From positions 62,001 to 126,000 of the forward strand of contig KZ538078.1 in NCBI GenBank assembly GCA_000934665.2: a DNA stretch of 64,000 nucleotides. The letters are read 5' to 3'. Shown piece by piece: positions 42,867 through 55,640 of this stretch (the stretch's first letter is position 1; each line of letters opens with the position of its first letter). The position numbers and the translations under genes are program-made. This DNA comes from Catajapyx aquilonaris. Lineage: Eukaryota. Below the pieces are notes generated by a model. That model did no database searches. It saw only the letters and a program-made list of their open reading frames with translations, and had not been told where the DNA came from.

Positions 42867-44929
42867 TATATACTAGTCTGAGTGAATTTTTTCCCCCATC
42901 GAAAAGCTTAGGCCCGGCTGCATCACTATATTTCTACTTATTGTTTTTTTTGTTTATTGTTGCCAACATTTTAAATGACAAGGATCTACCGTCAGTGGTG
43001 CAACCAGGCATTAGTCAAACGGCCGAAATGTCAGCCTGGAGGATTTACCCAACAACCTTCCTGCTGAGTTATTATGCCATGAATGAAGAATATGGGCTAC
43101 TATTTCCAGCCCCCCTATATAGGATCAATATATAAAAAAATGAACGAAATGGCAAGACACTGGTATATGACAACATAAATTTTAATTCCGGAAGCATGCG
43201 ACGCACTCTACAACTTTTGCACATCCCCCACACGCCATCTTTGTACTTGTAGAGCAATTAAAAGTGAATAATTACACAAGTGAGCTACACCATAATAGTG
43301 TGTTGCCCACCGAATGAATTTTTGAAATATTACCCCCTCTCTCGGAAACGCCATCATGGGGTTCATAACTACTCAATGTGAACATGTCCATATAAATAAA
43401 TAAAAAATGCCCGGATGTTCACCTTTGGGTGATCTGTAGTGGAATTACCCTATAGCGTCTCATTTCAAATGAGATATTGCGGTTTTAACTCCCTCTCGTC
43501 GTTTGAATTTCCAACATTTGCGGTGGGGGCCTCTTGGAGCAAATGAGCTCCGTAATGAATTCCGGTTACGTTAAAGCGCTTTCATCCGTTTTAAAATATT
43601 AACCGAATCAAGCTCTGGGCACGCGTCTTTAGCAAAGCCCTTCTGTCGGACTATGCACGAACAGCGTTCAGATTACTTTTAAATTTCAACTCCCATTGTT
43701 CTCTATGCTCACATTGTCTACTGCTGGGGAAACTGTATTTTTCCAGCTTGATTCGCTTTGAATAATGGAACGCAGGTGCCAGCATAGCATTACTGACTGA
43801 GCTAAGCCGCTGATTGAAAAATAATTGGTCCGATTCAGCAATGCGATTGTGAAAAGTTGACCCAGGCATACCCCAGAGCCACGGCAATGATATTCACCAG
43901 GGGGTTAACTAATAAGCACCAATCAGGGCTCCAAGCAAGATAAGTGATGACTTCCTCCTTGTCATACACCCAGCAGTAAAGGCTCGAGTACATACTTTGA
44001 ATCGTCCTGGTGATAGCATAACGCTTTGCCCTCCTGCTCTGTACGGGTAGGTGTAACTTATTATATACGGACAGGGACATAACTCATGCTCCGTTGCACT
44101 TCAAAGTAGAGTCAAAACGCATCATTCATGCTCATTTGGAGTTCATTCTTTACAAGTCTATTGTGCTGGACTAGAGCTAACCGAGCGGCTCGGGTTCCTT
44201 TTCTCCGGGCCAGCCCTGTCAGAGCAACCAACCTTTTTTGGGGGAAAAAATCCCACCCGATAGATGAGGGTAATTATGTCTCATTTTCCTTCCCTGCTAC
44301 CCTGGCCCACCTCTCTATAGCCATCAGCCATGTGCTCCGGGGGAATAAAAGAGGAATGGCAAGTCTGAGACCCGTGCCAACCGCTTTTCGCCAATGGCCC
44401 GTGACTGCCATCTGCTCGCCATTTTGTGAAAAGAGACTGGTCTGGACCCCTAATTGTCAACAATATTTAGCTGGGCTGTATAAGAAGCTGAAGAAAGAAA
44501 AAAATAACGGAACTTTTGGACGACTTGCTCCAAATATTCCGTGCTGAGAGCAAAGCTGGAAACGCAGAGTGGTAAGCAAACTTCGACCTCTTAACCGAAT
44601 TAGTCTGTAATTAGCTCGGAAAACACGCTGCCTAATGAAGTTCTGCTTTGAGAGCTGCCTGCCTTACAAATGCTCATTAGGCCTTCCGCAATAATAAATC
44701 TGGGCAACGACTTGCCAGGATTGAAAGGTTCTCACATGACACACACATGCGGTGAACAAAAGTGCGCATCAGGTGGGAAGCCAATTTAGCCGATTGCCGA
44801 TAAAAGAGCTAATTTCACCTATACTGTTGTAAATGTTCAATTTGCAATCCAATCGATATACCCGCCAGCTACAAGCTCTAGTTTTCCGGAAAACAGAACA
44901 CGGACCCAACTATTTCCGTGGCAAATCGT

Positions 44930-44933
<4 letters not shown>

Positions 44934-44998
<65 letters not shown>
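44934..44998. repeat. (TC)~32 microsatellite
   Basis: Uninterrupted dinucleotide run. Confidence 0.98.
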
Positions 44999-45003
<5 letters not shown>

Positions 45004-48000
45004 ATTCTACATATAAGCACCCTGAGAGATGGGAGAGAATATTCTGTCAAACATCAAATAGCCAGAGGTGAATCACGCTCCACTGAGCGCCGCGTTTACC
45101 AATACGTGTAACATGTATGAAATTCCAGAGTGCAAACGTGAGTCAACGTCACGTGCCTAAAGGGATCCTCCACCCCGCCTGTGTGTGCCAGTTATTGACC
45201 TCCATATCGGGCAGAATGAATCCACATAAGCTGGTACGACTTTCCAATTTCGGTGCAAATTGCATCAATGCACATGCTGATTGTTCAATGGAGAAATGAG
45301 CGGAAGCCATACTCATAGAGCGGCAATAATGTTCTCATGCATTTTTCACGATTCACAAGATGCATTGACAATGCTATTCATGCTCCTAACGCTCATTATT
45401 TTACGAAAGGATGGGGAATCCGTGGGCATGAGTAAGGCGACGCTTTATTAGTCATTATTTTACGCTGCGTAGGCTATACACTGTATTCTGATGAGTGTTT
45501 TAAAAATTCAATCAAAAACATATACTAGGGTGCGAATATGTTCACGGATAATGAGATCACAACTATTATTTTTACAGTGTCGGTTATATCACCTTACCTT
45601 AACAATATGCGTATCATAGAATTTTAACCGAATTGTTGAAAAACGTAATCTACCACTAGACGTTTTGGCTTGTGAACCTGCTCCACTTGGACAGTCTCCA
45701 TGAACAGGTCGTAAACGCACTTCTTACAACGTGCGAAATACACTCGATGCGATTGATTTGTCAACGGACTATTACTGTCAAGACCAAGCTTATTACGTGC
45801 GAACCCTATAGACACGTGCTCAACGAGGCAAAATCGACAAAAATAATGTCGTATTAATGCATGCACTGTGATTGACGACACTGAATACATTGAGCAATCA
45901 CTTTTCCCTTCAGGGCGTAAGTTAGAAACATTATACAGTATAGTACACTATGTATAACAAGTTTAAAAAATAGGAAATAATACCTGCACCCATTCCCTCA
46001 TTACCCTATATGAATATTCCATCAGTAAGTAAATATTTTCCTCCCGATGTTAAAATACCATGTATAGGCTATTAAAGTATGACAGTTGTTTCTTCAACAA
46101 AGAGTGCGATTCATTTTCATGCTAGCTTATGTAAATTAAATAAATAATTCCGTTTCCAAATATTTCGACTTTCCACTACTATACTGCTGGAGTGCTGGAG
46201 CTCTAAGCTAAATACCGTGCTTAACCAACTTCACAATATATTTAAAAACAATACTCTGCTTTTGTCTACCAACTATACAATATTCCAAGAGATACGACGC
46301 AAATTGGTTGCTTAAGACACGGATTTGGTCCAAGGCCATCAACCGATACCGAATAATGCAGTAGTGTCTTTCATCACCGAGTTATTTGCATGACATACTG
46401 CACTGGCATCCCTACTTGTACATTACACGTGCAGGTGTATCACTGAAACTACGTCCCGCCCTCACCGTCTAAACACCCCTCAATTAACAGTTCATTATTT
46501 CCCTAGTCTCGACAATGGAAATTATTGTACGGTAAGCCCACACTAACTTCACCAAAAGGTGCAAAGTCACGCTCACATGTCCGGACGATAATTTCCAGAA
46601 ATAAGTCAAGCGCCAAGCCACTAACAAAGACATGTCCAGACGAGTTTCCACAACCAGGGATATAATGACAGCCCTTGTAGACCATAAAGGTTACGACTCC
46701 TCATTAGTGTAGAATATCTGTGACTGGCTGTAGCTCACGTGCTCGCGTAAAAATCCTAAACGGATAAGAGAAAAAACCGGCGGGGAGAAAATGCCACACG
46801 CAATTTAAAAGAGGCAAAAAGGTCGTCGGGAACGTTCTCTCATAGGATTGGCAGCTGAGTAACAAAGCTTTCCATCTGGGGACAGGAGGCCAACAGATGC
46901 AGAGAAAAGCTCGCGTCCCTTGGAAAGGACCAGGAGAAGAAATCCGATGACTTCATCCTTGACTGTGACAGGCGGAACGGAATGCCGCAAGTTCTCCAGA
47001 GGTGAGGACGGACTAAGGTTTTTCTTTCGCCTCAGCTTACATGGCTTGGTGTCACCAGGATATTCCAAGCTTCATCTCACACTCGAGCACCATCTCGGGG
47101 CTAATAACTAACGCCCAGGGTAGGGCAGGCCCTCAAAATTTCTCTCAAAGCCATGCAAAAATGTATGCACCCACGAAAGGTTGCCAGACATATGCAGCAT
47201 ACCACTAAAAATTGTTCAGACAAAAAGATAACAATCCTAAGGAGTTGCCCAGGCCTTGACATATCCTATTTCTTATTCTTAGCTGTTAGGGATGGGGGAG
47301 AGTAGAGAACTGATCCTAAACACTCCGAAAAATGAAATATTATATCCTTGCTGGAAAAGAGTGAAAAAGAGTGAGGGGATTAAATTCGTTTCCTGGCGGT
47401 ATAGTATAACAACGAGCCGACTTTTTTCATCAACAACCATCAACTGCACCGCTTGCTATTGACCTAATGACCAAAGTCTGGGCAGTTATGTTCCACACCT
47501 CTAATCATGCAGGCACGTATGAGGAATCGATATTACTAGCTTGCATAACTGCGATAAATCATTACCAACTGTGAATAATAGCATATTTTAATGCTGATGA
47601 GCTATAAATTATATGCTAAATTACGACCATTAAATCCATTTGAAATGTGTTAATTTGAGCATAACTCCAGAACAAAGTTCTCAACTGTGGTTTAATTCAC
47701 GAGAGTGCGGGTTTTACAATCATTATATCTCTATTTTATTGATTCCAGTGTTTCAAATATGCCGACTGTCAATGTGTTATAATATCGCACCCTTCGCTAT
47801 AATTGGCAGGCAACATTCAGCTGTCAATCACAGTTTCATGTATAGGTGTTTTTCGCGGTTTATACAACCCAGCCTCAAAAAATTCAGTATTTGCCCCAGG
47901 CCCACCACAATAATGCTTTAGGTCAGCTTTATCCAACAAGGTCATACACCTGCCCACCAGTCAACGACCACCCATCCAATATTAAAAACGACTTTGAATG

Positions 48001-51000
48001 ACGGAAATCCTCCACATCCTCCCACCCACCCACCCCATATCCTTCCGCATCCAAGCAGTAGCGTCGTCAGCAGCAGCACCAGTCTCCCACCCCCATGAAG
48101 CCTTATATATAGGAGCACTTCTGGCGAGGGGGCAATATATCAGCAGGGCAGACTTGGGAGGCCCAATTCCCCGAACAAAGCATTCCTGACGGCGCCAGGG
48201 ACGCCTTGATGAATATTCGGCTGGACCGCGGCAGGCCCCAGTTAGCTGCCCCATAGAGGAACAGCTGCGGGGGCCTTCCAAGGAACACTACCAAGAATGT
48301 GAACCTACCCCATTCTGCATTATGATGCGCCATTTCCTCTCAATTAATGGCCGTCTTACTCTTCTGGCATTTTAACCGACTTCATATTGGAGAATCTGGT
48401 AGATTCTTTTTCGAATCTGTGTAGGCAAAATTCAGGGTCTCTGGTTTATTTTCTGGGGGTTCTGAAGACAAATAAGACGGAACCACACGATATACGGTCC
48501 ACCGTTGAGTGTAAAATAACCACTGGAGGCTGTAATAGGCTCGTAATGTTGAATGTGGAAGCTCCTTACCCGACACAATTTCAACTTTATCCTCTAGGAA
48601 CGGGGCTTACGGCTTGGGAGGCTGCGGAAATGACTTAGTACCAGGTTTTGGAGCAAGTTTTCAGCTCTTCTTTATGTTATCCACGTGCTAGAATCTCGGC
48701 TGGGGTTGTGGGAAACTTATGGTCAAAGTTGGGTCCGCTTGTTGCGGAAAATCACCAGGTACAAAAATGCATTTTAAAAAAGTTGTCGCGCGCAAAAAAA
48801 AATGCAGGTGTGTGAAGATGACACCAAAAAAAATTGTAAACATTAGCTTGACAGGGTAACCTCAGCTACAAAATATGTAGGGCTGAAATATCCTATTCAG
48901 ACGTCAAAATGTCCATGCTAATACTCCCTTCTGCCTGGATGACAACGCCCAAGGAACAAAACTGGTTGTCGGATGTACCTGTTCCGCGCTTGGGTCTCAT
49001 TTCCATGCACCACCGGCCTATATTCCCTCCCACAACCCACACTTTTTTTCCCCTCCTCTCTCCACAAAGTTTGGGCCGGATCATTTTTTATCCTCCAGAT
49101 AAAATATAGCGGACACACACGAGCAGTCGATTTGTCTGTTCAAGCTTAACGCTCTCAGTTAATCGCCTAAAGTTAGGGGGTGGAGAAAAAAAATGGCGGC
49201 TCAGGTTCGACGTTGACATTTCGGCTCAATTTTAAAGGAATCGGGTTAAAGCGTGTCGCGCTTTGTAAAGGACCGGCCGCCTTTTTATAATAGAGCCTCC
49301 ATTACGGACAATGCCAGTAAACGGGGTTGACTTGTGGCACCCAGCAGGGGCCGCTGCATTGATTCCCTCATCTCTTCCATTAAACAACTACCAAAAGCCC
49401 GGCTTATCTTATCTTGACCCTCTCTGCCCGACTAGTCACAATCCCCCCCAACAAACACCACCGCCCTCCTCCTTTTGTTAAACGCCTTCCACGTAAACTG
49501 TTGACAAGATTAATGTGCTCCTCTGTTCTTCTGTCAACTTGCGCTCTGAATACTCTTTGTCCCCTTCCCTATTCCTAGTGTTATACACACAACGGGGGTG
49601 AAATGTCTACACAAACACCGTTGGAATCAAACAGAAAACCGTTCCAGCCAGTGAAGCTGACTCACGCATATTTTAAGCCACACATATGTACAGGGTGTCG
49701 AGCAAATAGTGCGAAAATATGGAATATGAGCAGTTTATCAACAATATGTCGTGTTGTCCTGACCTACCAGGAAAGAGCCTGCTTCTGATAACCTAGTCTG
49801 GATGTTCTTCATTACGTGTATCCCACGTTGTTTCTTGGCACAGTCGAACATGTCTAATTGTCACATAATAGGTGCCGCGAAGGTCAAAAAATCGTGTCAT
49901 TTCAAGCAAGAAATTTATGACTATTTTTTTAGCGTTACAGGGAGCAGTCATGAATGAAATATTTCAAAGTGTACAGAGTTATATCAACAGTTGAAATTAT
50001 TCGGTCGGCAAGGTGACACATAGTTTACAGTAGTCTATAGTTATACAATGGGACTGTCCGCAGTGGTCCAGGTTTTCGCTTATTTTAAGCAAACAGCTGC
50101 TTTTATATATACGGCATAAAAATCAGGCACTAATTGATTATAGAGGGTTTTTTTATTACTGCAGGTGGGTATATGATGAAAAATGAACCCTTGACCTCAG
50201 CTTGAAAGTTGCCCTTATGTCTTGAACTCGGAAATCAATTGCAGTAATATATTAAGTCTGACGAGGGGCGTGGCCATACCATCTCTGAGGTTCCGAGTTC
50301 AATCCCCGGATAGGATAGAGATTTTTCTCGTGTAGGGAAAGAGTTTCAATATTAGTTGGTGTGATTTTTCTCGTCCCCTCGCCCTTTTTTCATTAAAAAA
50401 TATATCCACAACGATTAAATGAAGTTTAAATGAGATTCCATAAATGGCCACCAGGCACAAGGGATGTCCCATCATAAAATTGCAATAAGATTTCACAGCT
50501 TGAAGGATAAAATAATTCAACCTAACATTAGCAGCTTATATTTTCGATAGCCCCGAAGAGTATACGAAAGTAAGTGCTTGAAATAAGCACTTTACGTTCA
50601 TAATTATCGCTACCGACACTTAAATTGAAATGCAACTAATATTTTGTTCTCGTGGTGGCTACCTATTCTGGTGTCCTATCCTTGTATCGCAGGTCGAATA
50701 TGGTTGTCCGAATAGACAACTAGGAAAGAAAGTTACGAGGCTAGGGGTATCCGTAACTTTTACCGGCCGATGAAGAAGAAAAAAAAGTAGCAAAACGTGA
50801 AAAACAAGCTCGTCTCGTGTCTTCTTTTAACAGAACAGACAGCAAAAGGCTCGCTATAATTTCGCAAAGGGTTGTATTACTTTGAAGCCCAGAAAAAAAT
50901 CTCAGGTAGAGTCCTTTACATGTGTCAAGTATTTTCCCGTAACGGTGCAACGCTTTGAGTTTGAGCTTCTAAATTAAATTCCCAACGTCTTGAGCCTCTC

Positions 51001-54000
51001 AATGTGCACAGAAATGACTTCCATTCCAACCCCCCCCCCCTAACAAAGTAGGTAGACGAGTATTTTAATTCTGCGCTAATTATATTTAAAAAAGACCCAA
51101 GGGCGCATATTAGTGGCAGAAGTCTAGTCCTAAAGCCGTGCCAGTCAGCATACATAGGGAAAAAAAAATCGCTGTAGGCCGATCCGTAGATACGCATATA
51201 ACTTGAGCCCCATGGGCTCCAAGCCTTGTTGAATAAGGCAGAGTAGACAAAGTTCTAGAAGCTCAACGCCTGTAGCCTGCAATCTTACCCCGACTACCAT
51301 TATTAGAAATTAAGAAAAGCTCTAGGGAGCGATGAACTTTGGCACAAGAATGGTAGCTTCTCCTGCTTAAAATTGCTACGGTTATCGCAAAAACAGTTTT
51401 TGCCCGGCAACTCCTCACGTTAGACCTCGTTACACCTTTATATCCTAAAATTCCATCCGTATCAACTCCCGAGCTATAAGGCCAATTTCCCAAATGCACC
51501 TAATTGGTGACATAACAGCATCTATAGGTCCCCCTAGGCTTACTAGCGAAAACAATATAGCGCTGAGAAAATGCATTGCCAATGTGTTAAAAATGCAGGC
51601 TGTATCCAAAGCCGTTAAATTGACAAACGCACCTTCGGCAAGCAATTAACAGGCTCCTAATTACACATCCGTTGCAATGAATCGGCTTTTCTTGTGTGGG
51701 GAGAGATGGGGGGGGGGGTGCAATCTTGAAAATTGGCCGTGGGTTGCTTGGCGAGTCTATGCATCCAGACTTTATAGTACTGGGCCGGCTCCTATTTAAT
51801 TGTCTATTATTTGAATGCCTCCATTCCCAGGTGAATGCCTATTAATAATAATTGAGCAGTGGAAAAGCACACTCCAACGCTTGACAGCCATGTTCAAAAC
51901 GTCAGACCAGAACCGTACAGGTAGGATGCCGAACGAATTGCAAGTCCGAAAAATTTTGGCCCCATTCCAGTTATGTCAGTTTTCAACCAAAAAAAAAGCA
52001 TACACCTGCAATAAACCCTCAGTTCAACAATGGCCTCTCCCAAAATGTCACACATTTCTGTCACACTTTAGTCTCCCTCTGGGAATGCGGTTATGACTCG
52101 TCCACTAACGTTGCACACTACCCCTACCGTTAAAATTATGTCACGCCTTTACCTGTCACAACCTAATTACGTAGTGCTCAGCCAGTATTCAAATGAAATC
52201 TGTCGCGCCCAATTCGGTCCGCTTTAAAGTCCAGGCCGGGTATGACCCCTTTTTCCGCGCTTTTTGTACCGCAGGCTCAAGGGCGCAATGCTTGTCCAAG
52301 AGGAAAATTTTCCCCAATTGCTGCTTCCGGATTGCGTGCTGGAATAAATGGTTCGATTTTGCCCATGACAACTGTTGAACATTTGCCTCGGTTCGGGCCC
52401 AGCTCTTTCTACTTTTTTTTTTCTGACTGCCACTACCATCAATCGATTTTCATTGCCTTGTAAGACCACGACCGGCTTGCTGCCACAAGTAACGCCCAGT
52501 ATTGGACCCGGTTACATGTTCATCCAGATCGACGCAACTCTAATGTCATCCATATGTCAATCGCGCGCTCTGTTTGCCCTCACTCATGCTGCGGCGTCAA
52601 CACTGACGACACTTGGAAAAATTACAATGCATTTACGTTTTGATTGACACCCTGGGTTCATAAATCATGCCCGGCATATTCTGCCCCTAACTTGTGTAAA
52701 TTTGTACTGAAGGGAAATAGAATTATGGCGTACAAATGGCAATGGATAATAATTCTGCACCGCTTCGATTGCCGATATAGCGATTTTTTTTCAGTCCATA
52801 TGAATGGGTCCATATTGTATGCAGCTTCCGGTCTGGAAATTCGTCCAATAATCAATCGCCATAATTCTTTACTCTGACAGATTATGGCAAGTATTTGGCT
52901 CAAACTTTGAAAAGGGGATGTCCTCTAAAACGTCGCGACAGTCTGACACAACGTCCCGTGCGGGAATCCCAGATCTGGCCCAATTCCCTTCAATAACACA
53001 GTTCTATACTTAGCGCGCATCAAGACGAGACGTATATGTCAAGGTCACCCAATTTGACACTGACCTTTAAGCATGAGAGCCAGGAGCAATCCCAGGTTGA
53101 CCAGGACGCCTTTCCTCTCCATAACTTGCACCTTGACGGAAGATATCGATGAATATCAGGAAATGTCGTCGGCTGTCAAAAAGTCCGCAATATTAAGCCA
53201 CCTCTGGCCCAACAAAATGATGCCACCAGCGCCGATGTAATGACAACTCGGGGAAAAAGTTCGGAGCAATAGTAGTAATCCCGGAGCCGCACTATAGCCA
53301 GCAGGAGTGGAAGTTCTCACGTGACGTCCGCACTGCACGAATCCATGAATGAAACTGGCGCAGTCGCTCGCTCGCTAGCTTCATGCGGCCGGCCAGCCTG
53401 CCTGCCTGCCTTTCCCCAAAAGAGCGCCGCCAGGAGGCTCCCAAGCCTCAGGCCCGGACTCTCACGCGGCACAGGTAACACCAGACCACGGTCGCACCAG
53501 ACACATGTGTATTTCCTTCTCAGATGTCAGATCAGATGGGAATGGGCGGAATCGGGCCATCTCCTTGGCAACAAGTTACACCTGTCGATATAAGAAAATG
53601 CATCATATTGCCAATATACATAGGAAAAGAAGCACTGAAGCACACCCTTTACCTAGCCTGGGCTCATCCCGATTGCAATCCGATATCATCTTTATCATTC
53701 TAGCTACTGTATTATGTAATGGGGCGTCCCATTAAAATCCATTGCTGGCACCGGTGGTCAATGAAATTATACCATATGAAGACCTGAAGTGCAAAATGAT
53801 TATTAGAGACACACTTTGGTCTAACTTGAAGCATTGTGAAATATAATCCTTGCCACGTACTGTACTGTACAGTGCTTTCTGACTGTGAGAGTCATATCAA
53901 GCCAGTCTACGAGATAGTATTTTCATAAAGAAATTCTATAGTCCCCTTACAGTGAGGTATAATGCAAATTCAAGCCCTCGTACCTCCAAATTAGCCAATT

Positions 54001-54350
54001 TGGGGGGGGGGGGGGGGACGGTGGCCGAGATGGTAACGTCTCGGCTTGCTATGCGAAAGGTCCCGGGTTCAAATCCCCACCCGGGAGCAAACCTTTCGCT
54101 TGCGTCATTGGGTCGTGACCCGCGCCTAAGGAGGCGTCTTGGCAACCTGACCTCCTGGGGGACTGCACCTGGCCCACCGTTGGACAATGCACCTGCACTT
54201 GTGTCCCCTCCCCAAATCCCCCCCCTTACCCAATTTCCTAGTATTCCTTGCACCGGAGATCGAAGAAAAAACCATTAGAAAAACTGAATGGTGGTAGACC
54301 ACCCCCTATAACGACCAAGAGGTTGTATCACGGGGTAAATGAAAAAAAAA
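54001..54350 (+). mobile_element. tRNA-derived SINE, family A, full length
   Basis: Pol III A box-like TGGCCGAGATGG and B box GGTTCAAATCC, ~270-bp body, 3' end ATCACGGGGTAAATG(A)9. Flanking direct repeat TAGCCAAT (53992-53999 / 54351-54358). Homologous to copies at 57210-57491 and 58105-58489. Confidence 0.9.
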
Positions 54351-54388
54351 TAGCCAATCTGAGCATTCTACATTATTTTTAGGTCTGA

Positions 54389-54547
54389 GGCTGGGTTGCA
54401 CCGGCTCCCTGAAAATTTATCCGGTCTAAAAAGAGCCAGGATAGTTTTTCATTCATTGTTGTCAACAATGATGTCAACAATGAATAACAAACTATCCTGG
54501 CTCTACTTCGGCCAGGCAAATTTTCCGGGAGCCGGTGCAACCCAGCC
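54389..54547. mobile_element. Palindromic MITE, PIF/Harbinger (Tourist)-like
   Basis: Perfect TIR GGCTGGGTTGCACCGGCTCCC / GGGAGCCGGTGCAACCCAGCC. Imperfect self-complementarity continues to the centre (AGAGCCAGGATAGTTT / AAACTATCCTGGCTCT). 3-bp flanks TGA / TTA resemble a TWA TSD with one mismatch. Superfamily inferred from termini and TSD. Confidence 0.85.
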
Positions 54548-54642
54548 TTAGTGTAACTTACTTATTATCACAGTATTATTTTTATCAGTTGCATAAACAC
54601 ACTTTCCTACACGTTTTATTTCATCTAATATTAGCAGTTAAA

Positions 54643-54701
54643 ACGACTTATAGTAATGTTGTATCACGGGGTAAATAAATAAATAAAATAATTAATAAAT
54701 A
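54643..54701 (+). mobile_element. Extremely 5'-truncated SINE A (or partner LINE) 3' end
   Basis: GTTGTATCACGGGGTAAAT identical to the 3' end of the 54001 SINE, followed by (TAAA)n. 16-bp TSD with 1 mismatch: AATATTAGCAGTTAAA 54627-54642 / AATATTAGGAGTTAAA 54702-54717. Confidence 0.85.
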
Positions 54702-54913
54702 AATATTAGGAGTTAAACTGCTAAGCATCTGCTATAAGCTGTAATAAAGAGATTAGTACAAAAACACGCTAACTGAATTATTGTGAACAGGACCATTGCA
54801 TTGGGAGACACTGTATAAAGCCGTTCGGTATCTTCATTTTCTCTTTTAATACAGGCCCAGAGTCTCCCTCTTTTGCAATTATAGCTTTTTTCACTCACAC
54901 TGTCGTGCACAAG

Positions 54914-55407
54914 TTACACCAAAGGTCTTAGTGCCAGGAGTAAAATAAGCGTCCTTCCGATTTCCTATCTTATTTGATAACATTCTTCGCAAAATTTTCA
55001 CACTTCAAATGGACACTCTTTTGCAATTAAAGCTTTAACTTTTTTCATTCACACTACCTAATGACACTTTATAATAATTGATATTAAGGAGGTTGGCCCA
55101 GCATTGCCTTTCAACCTCCAAGGATATGGAAGGAAGGAAGCGGTTGTGGCCTATTATACGGAAGCAACCCCGGAATTATCCTAGAAAGACCGTGGAAAAC
55201 CACAGAAAACCATGGTCAGGGTTGCCGGCCCCGGGATTCGAACCCAGGACCTCGCGATTAGCAGTCGGACTACCTAATGACACTATCGCCCACCAATTAC
55301 ACCAAAGCAAAGGTCTTACAATCTTACAATTGTTAGTGCCCAGAGTAAAATAGGATTCTTCCCGATTTCTTTATTTGATAGTTGTATTCTTTGCCAATTT
55401 TAGACTT
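54914..55407 (+). repeat. Diverged ~90-110 bp direct repeat pair (54914-55005 and 55297-55407)
   Basis: Shared blocks TTACACCAAAG, TTAGTGCC, GAGTAAAATA, CCGATTTC, TTATTTGATA, ATTCTT, AATTTT, ACTT in the same order. Confidence 0.7.
55119..55290 (-). mobile_element. tRNA-derived SINE, family B (Lm1/Talua-like), partial
   Basis: Minus-strand B box GGTTCGAATCC. Core GGAAGGAAGCGGTTGTGGCCTA...CCCGGAATT...GGAAAACCACAGAAAACC on + strand matches the copies at 61121 and 62795. Resemblance to orthopteran/termite SINEs is from memory. Confidence 0.85.
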
Positions 55408-55640
55408 TTTCTCATCGAAAAAAGGCTTATAGAACGGATCTGTCCGTCCGTCTGTCTGTGGACTTGTATCAGGTTTTCTGGGTTTACTCTATCCGCACAA
55501 GTCTACTTTAGAGGAGTTCGAAATTACTGTAGTTTCCGTGGATTCCTGATCAAGTGTGTCGGGGATTTACCCAGGGTTTTTACCTGGCTCTCTGGCACAG
55601 GGGTTGTGGAATTAATTCCTGACGTTGGACATGATTGAGA
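55406..55640 (+). mobile_element. Possible Helentron-associated (HINE/DINE-1-like) fragment
   Basis: T-run start, short stem TTTTT-CTCATCG-AAAAA, then (GTCY)n microsatellite CTGTCCGTCCGTCTGTCTGT at ~55440-55459. The 3' boundary is a guess. Confidence 0.3.

Noticed and set aside
47998..48189. Low-complexity Pro/His/Gln/Ala-rich stretch resembling a transcription-factor exon
   Set aside because: Stops in all plus frames within short distances and no clear splice sites. RNA-seq would be needed to exclude it.
49689..49720. TACAGGGTG Tc1/mariner-like start (similar at ~34913)
   Set aside because: No matching opposite TIR found; too short to call.
52683..52696. Partial matches to conserved miRNAs (miR-125-like here; let-7-like ~12542, miR-1-like ~1512, miR-263-like ~61982)
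   Set aside because: Only ~11-14 nt match, with no full mature sequence and no precursor hairpin seen.
54012..54085. tRNA gene
   Set aside because: A and B boxes are present, but there is no proper acceptor stem or terminator. It is fused to a repeated body with a tail and TSD, so it is a SINE head. The parental tRNA (Ser-GCT or Ala-like) is ambiguous.
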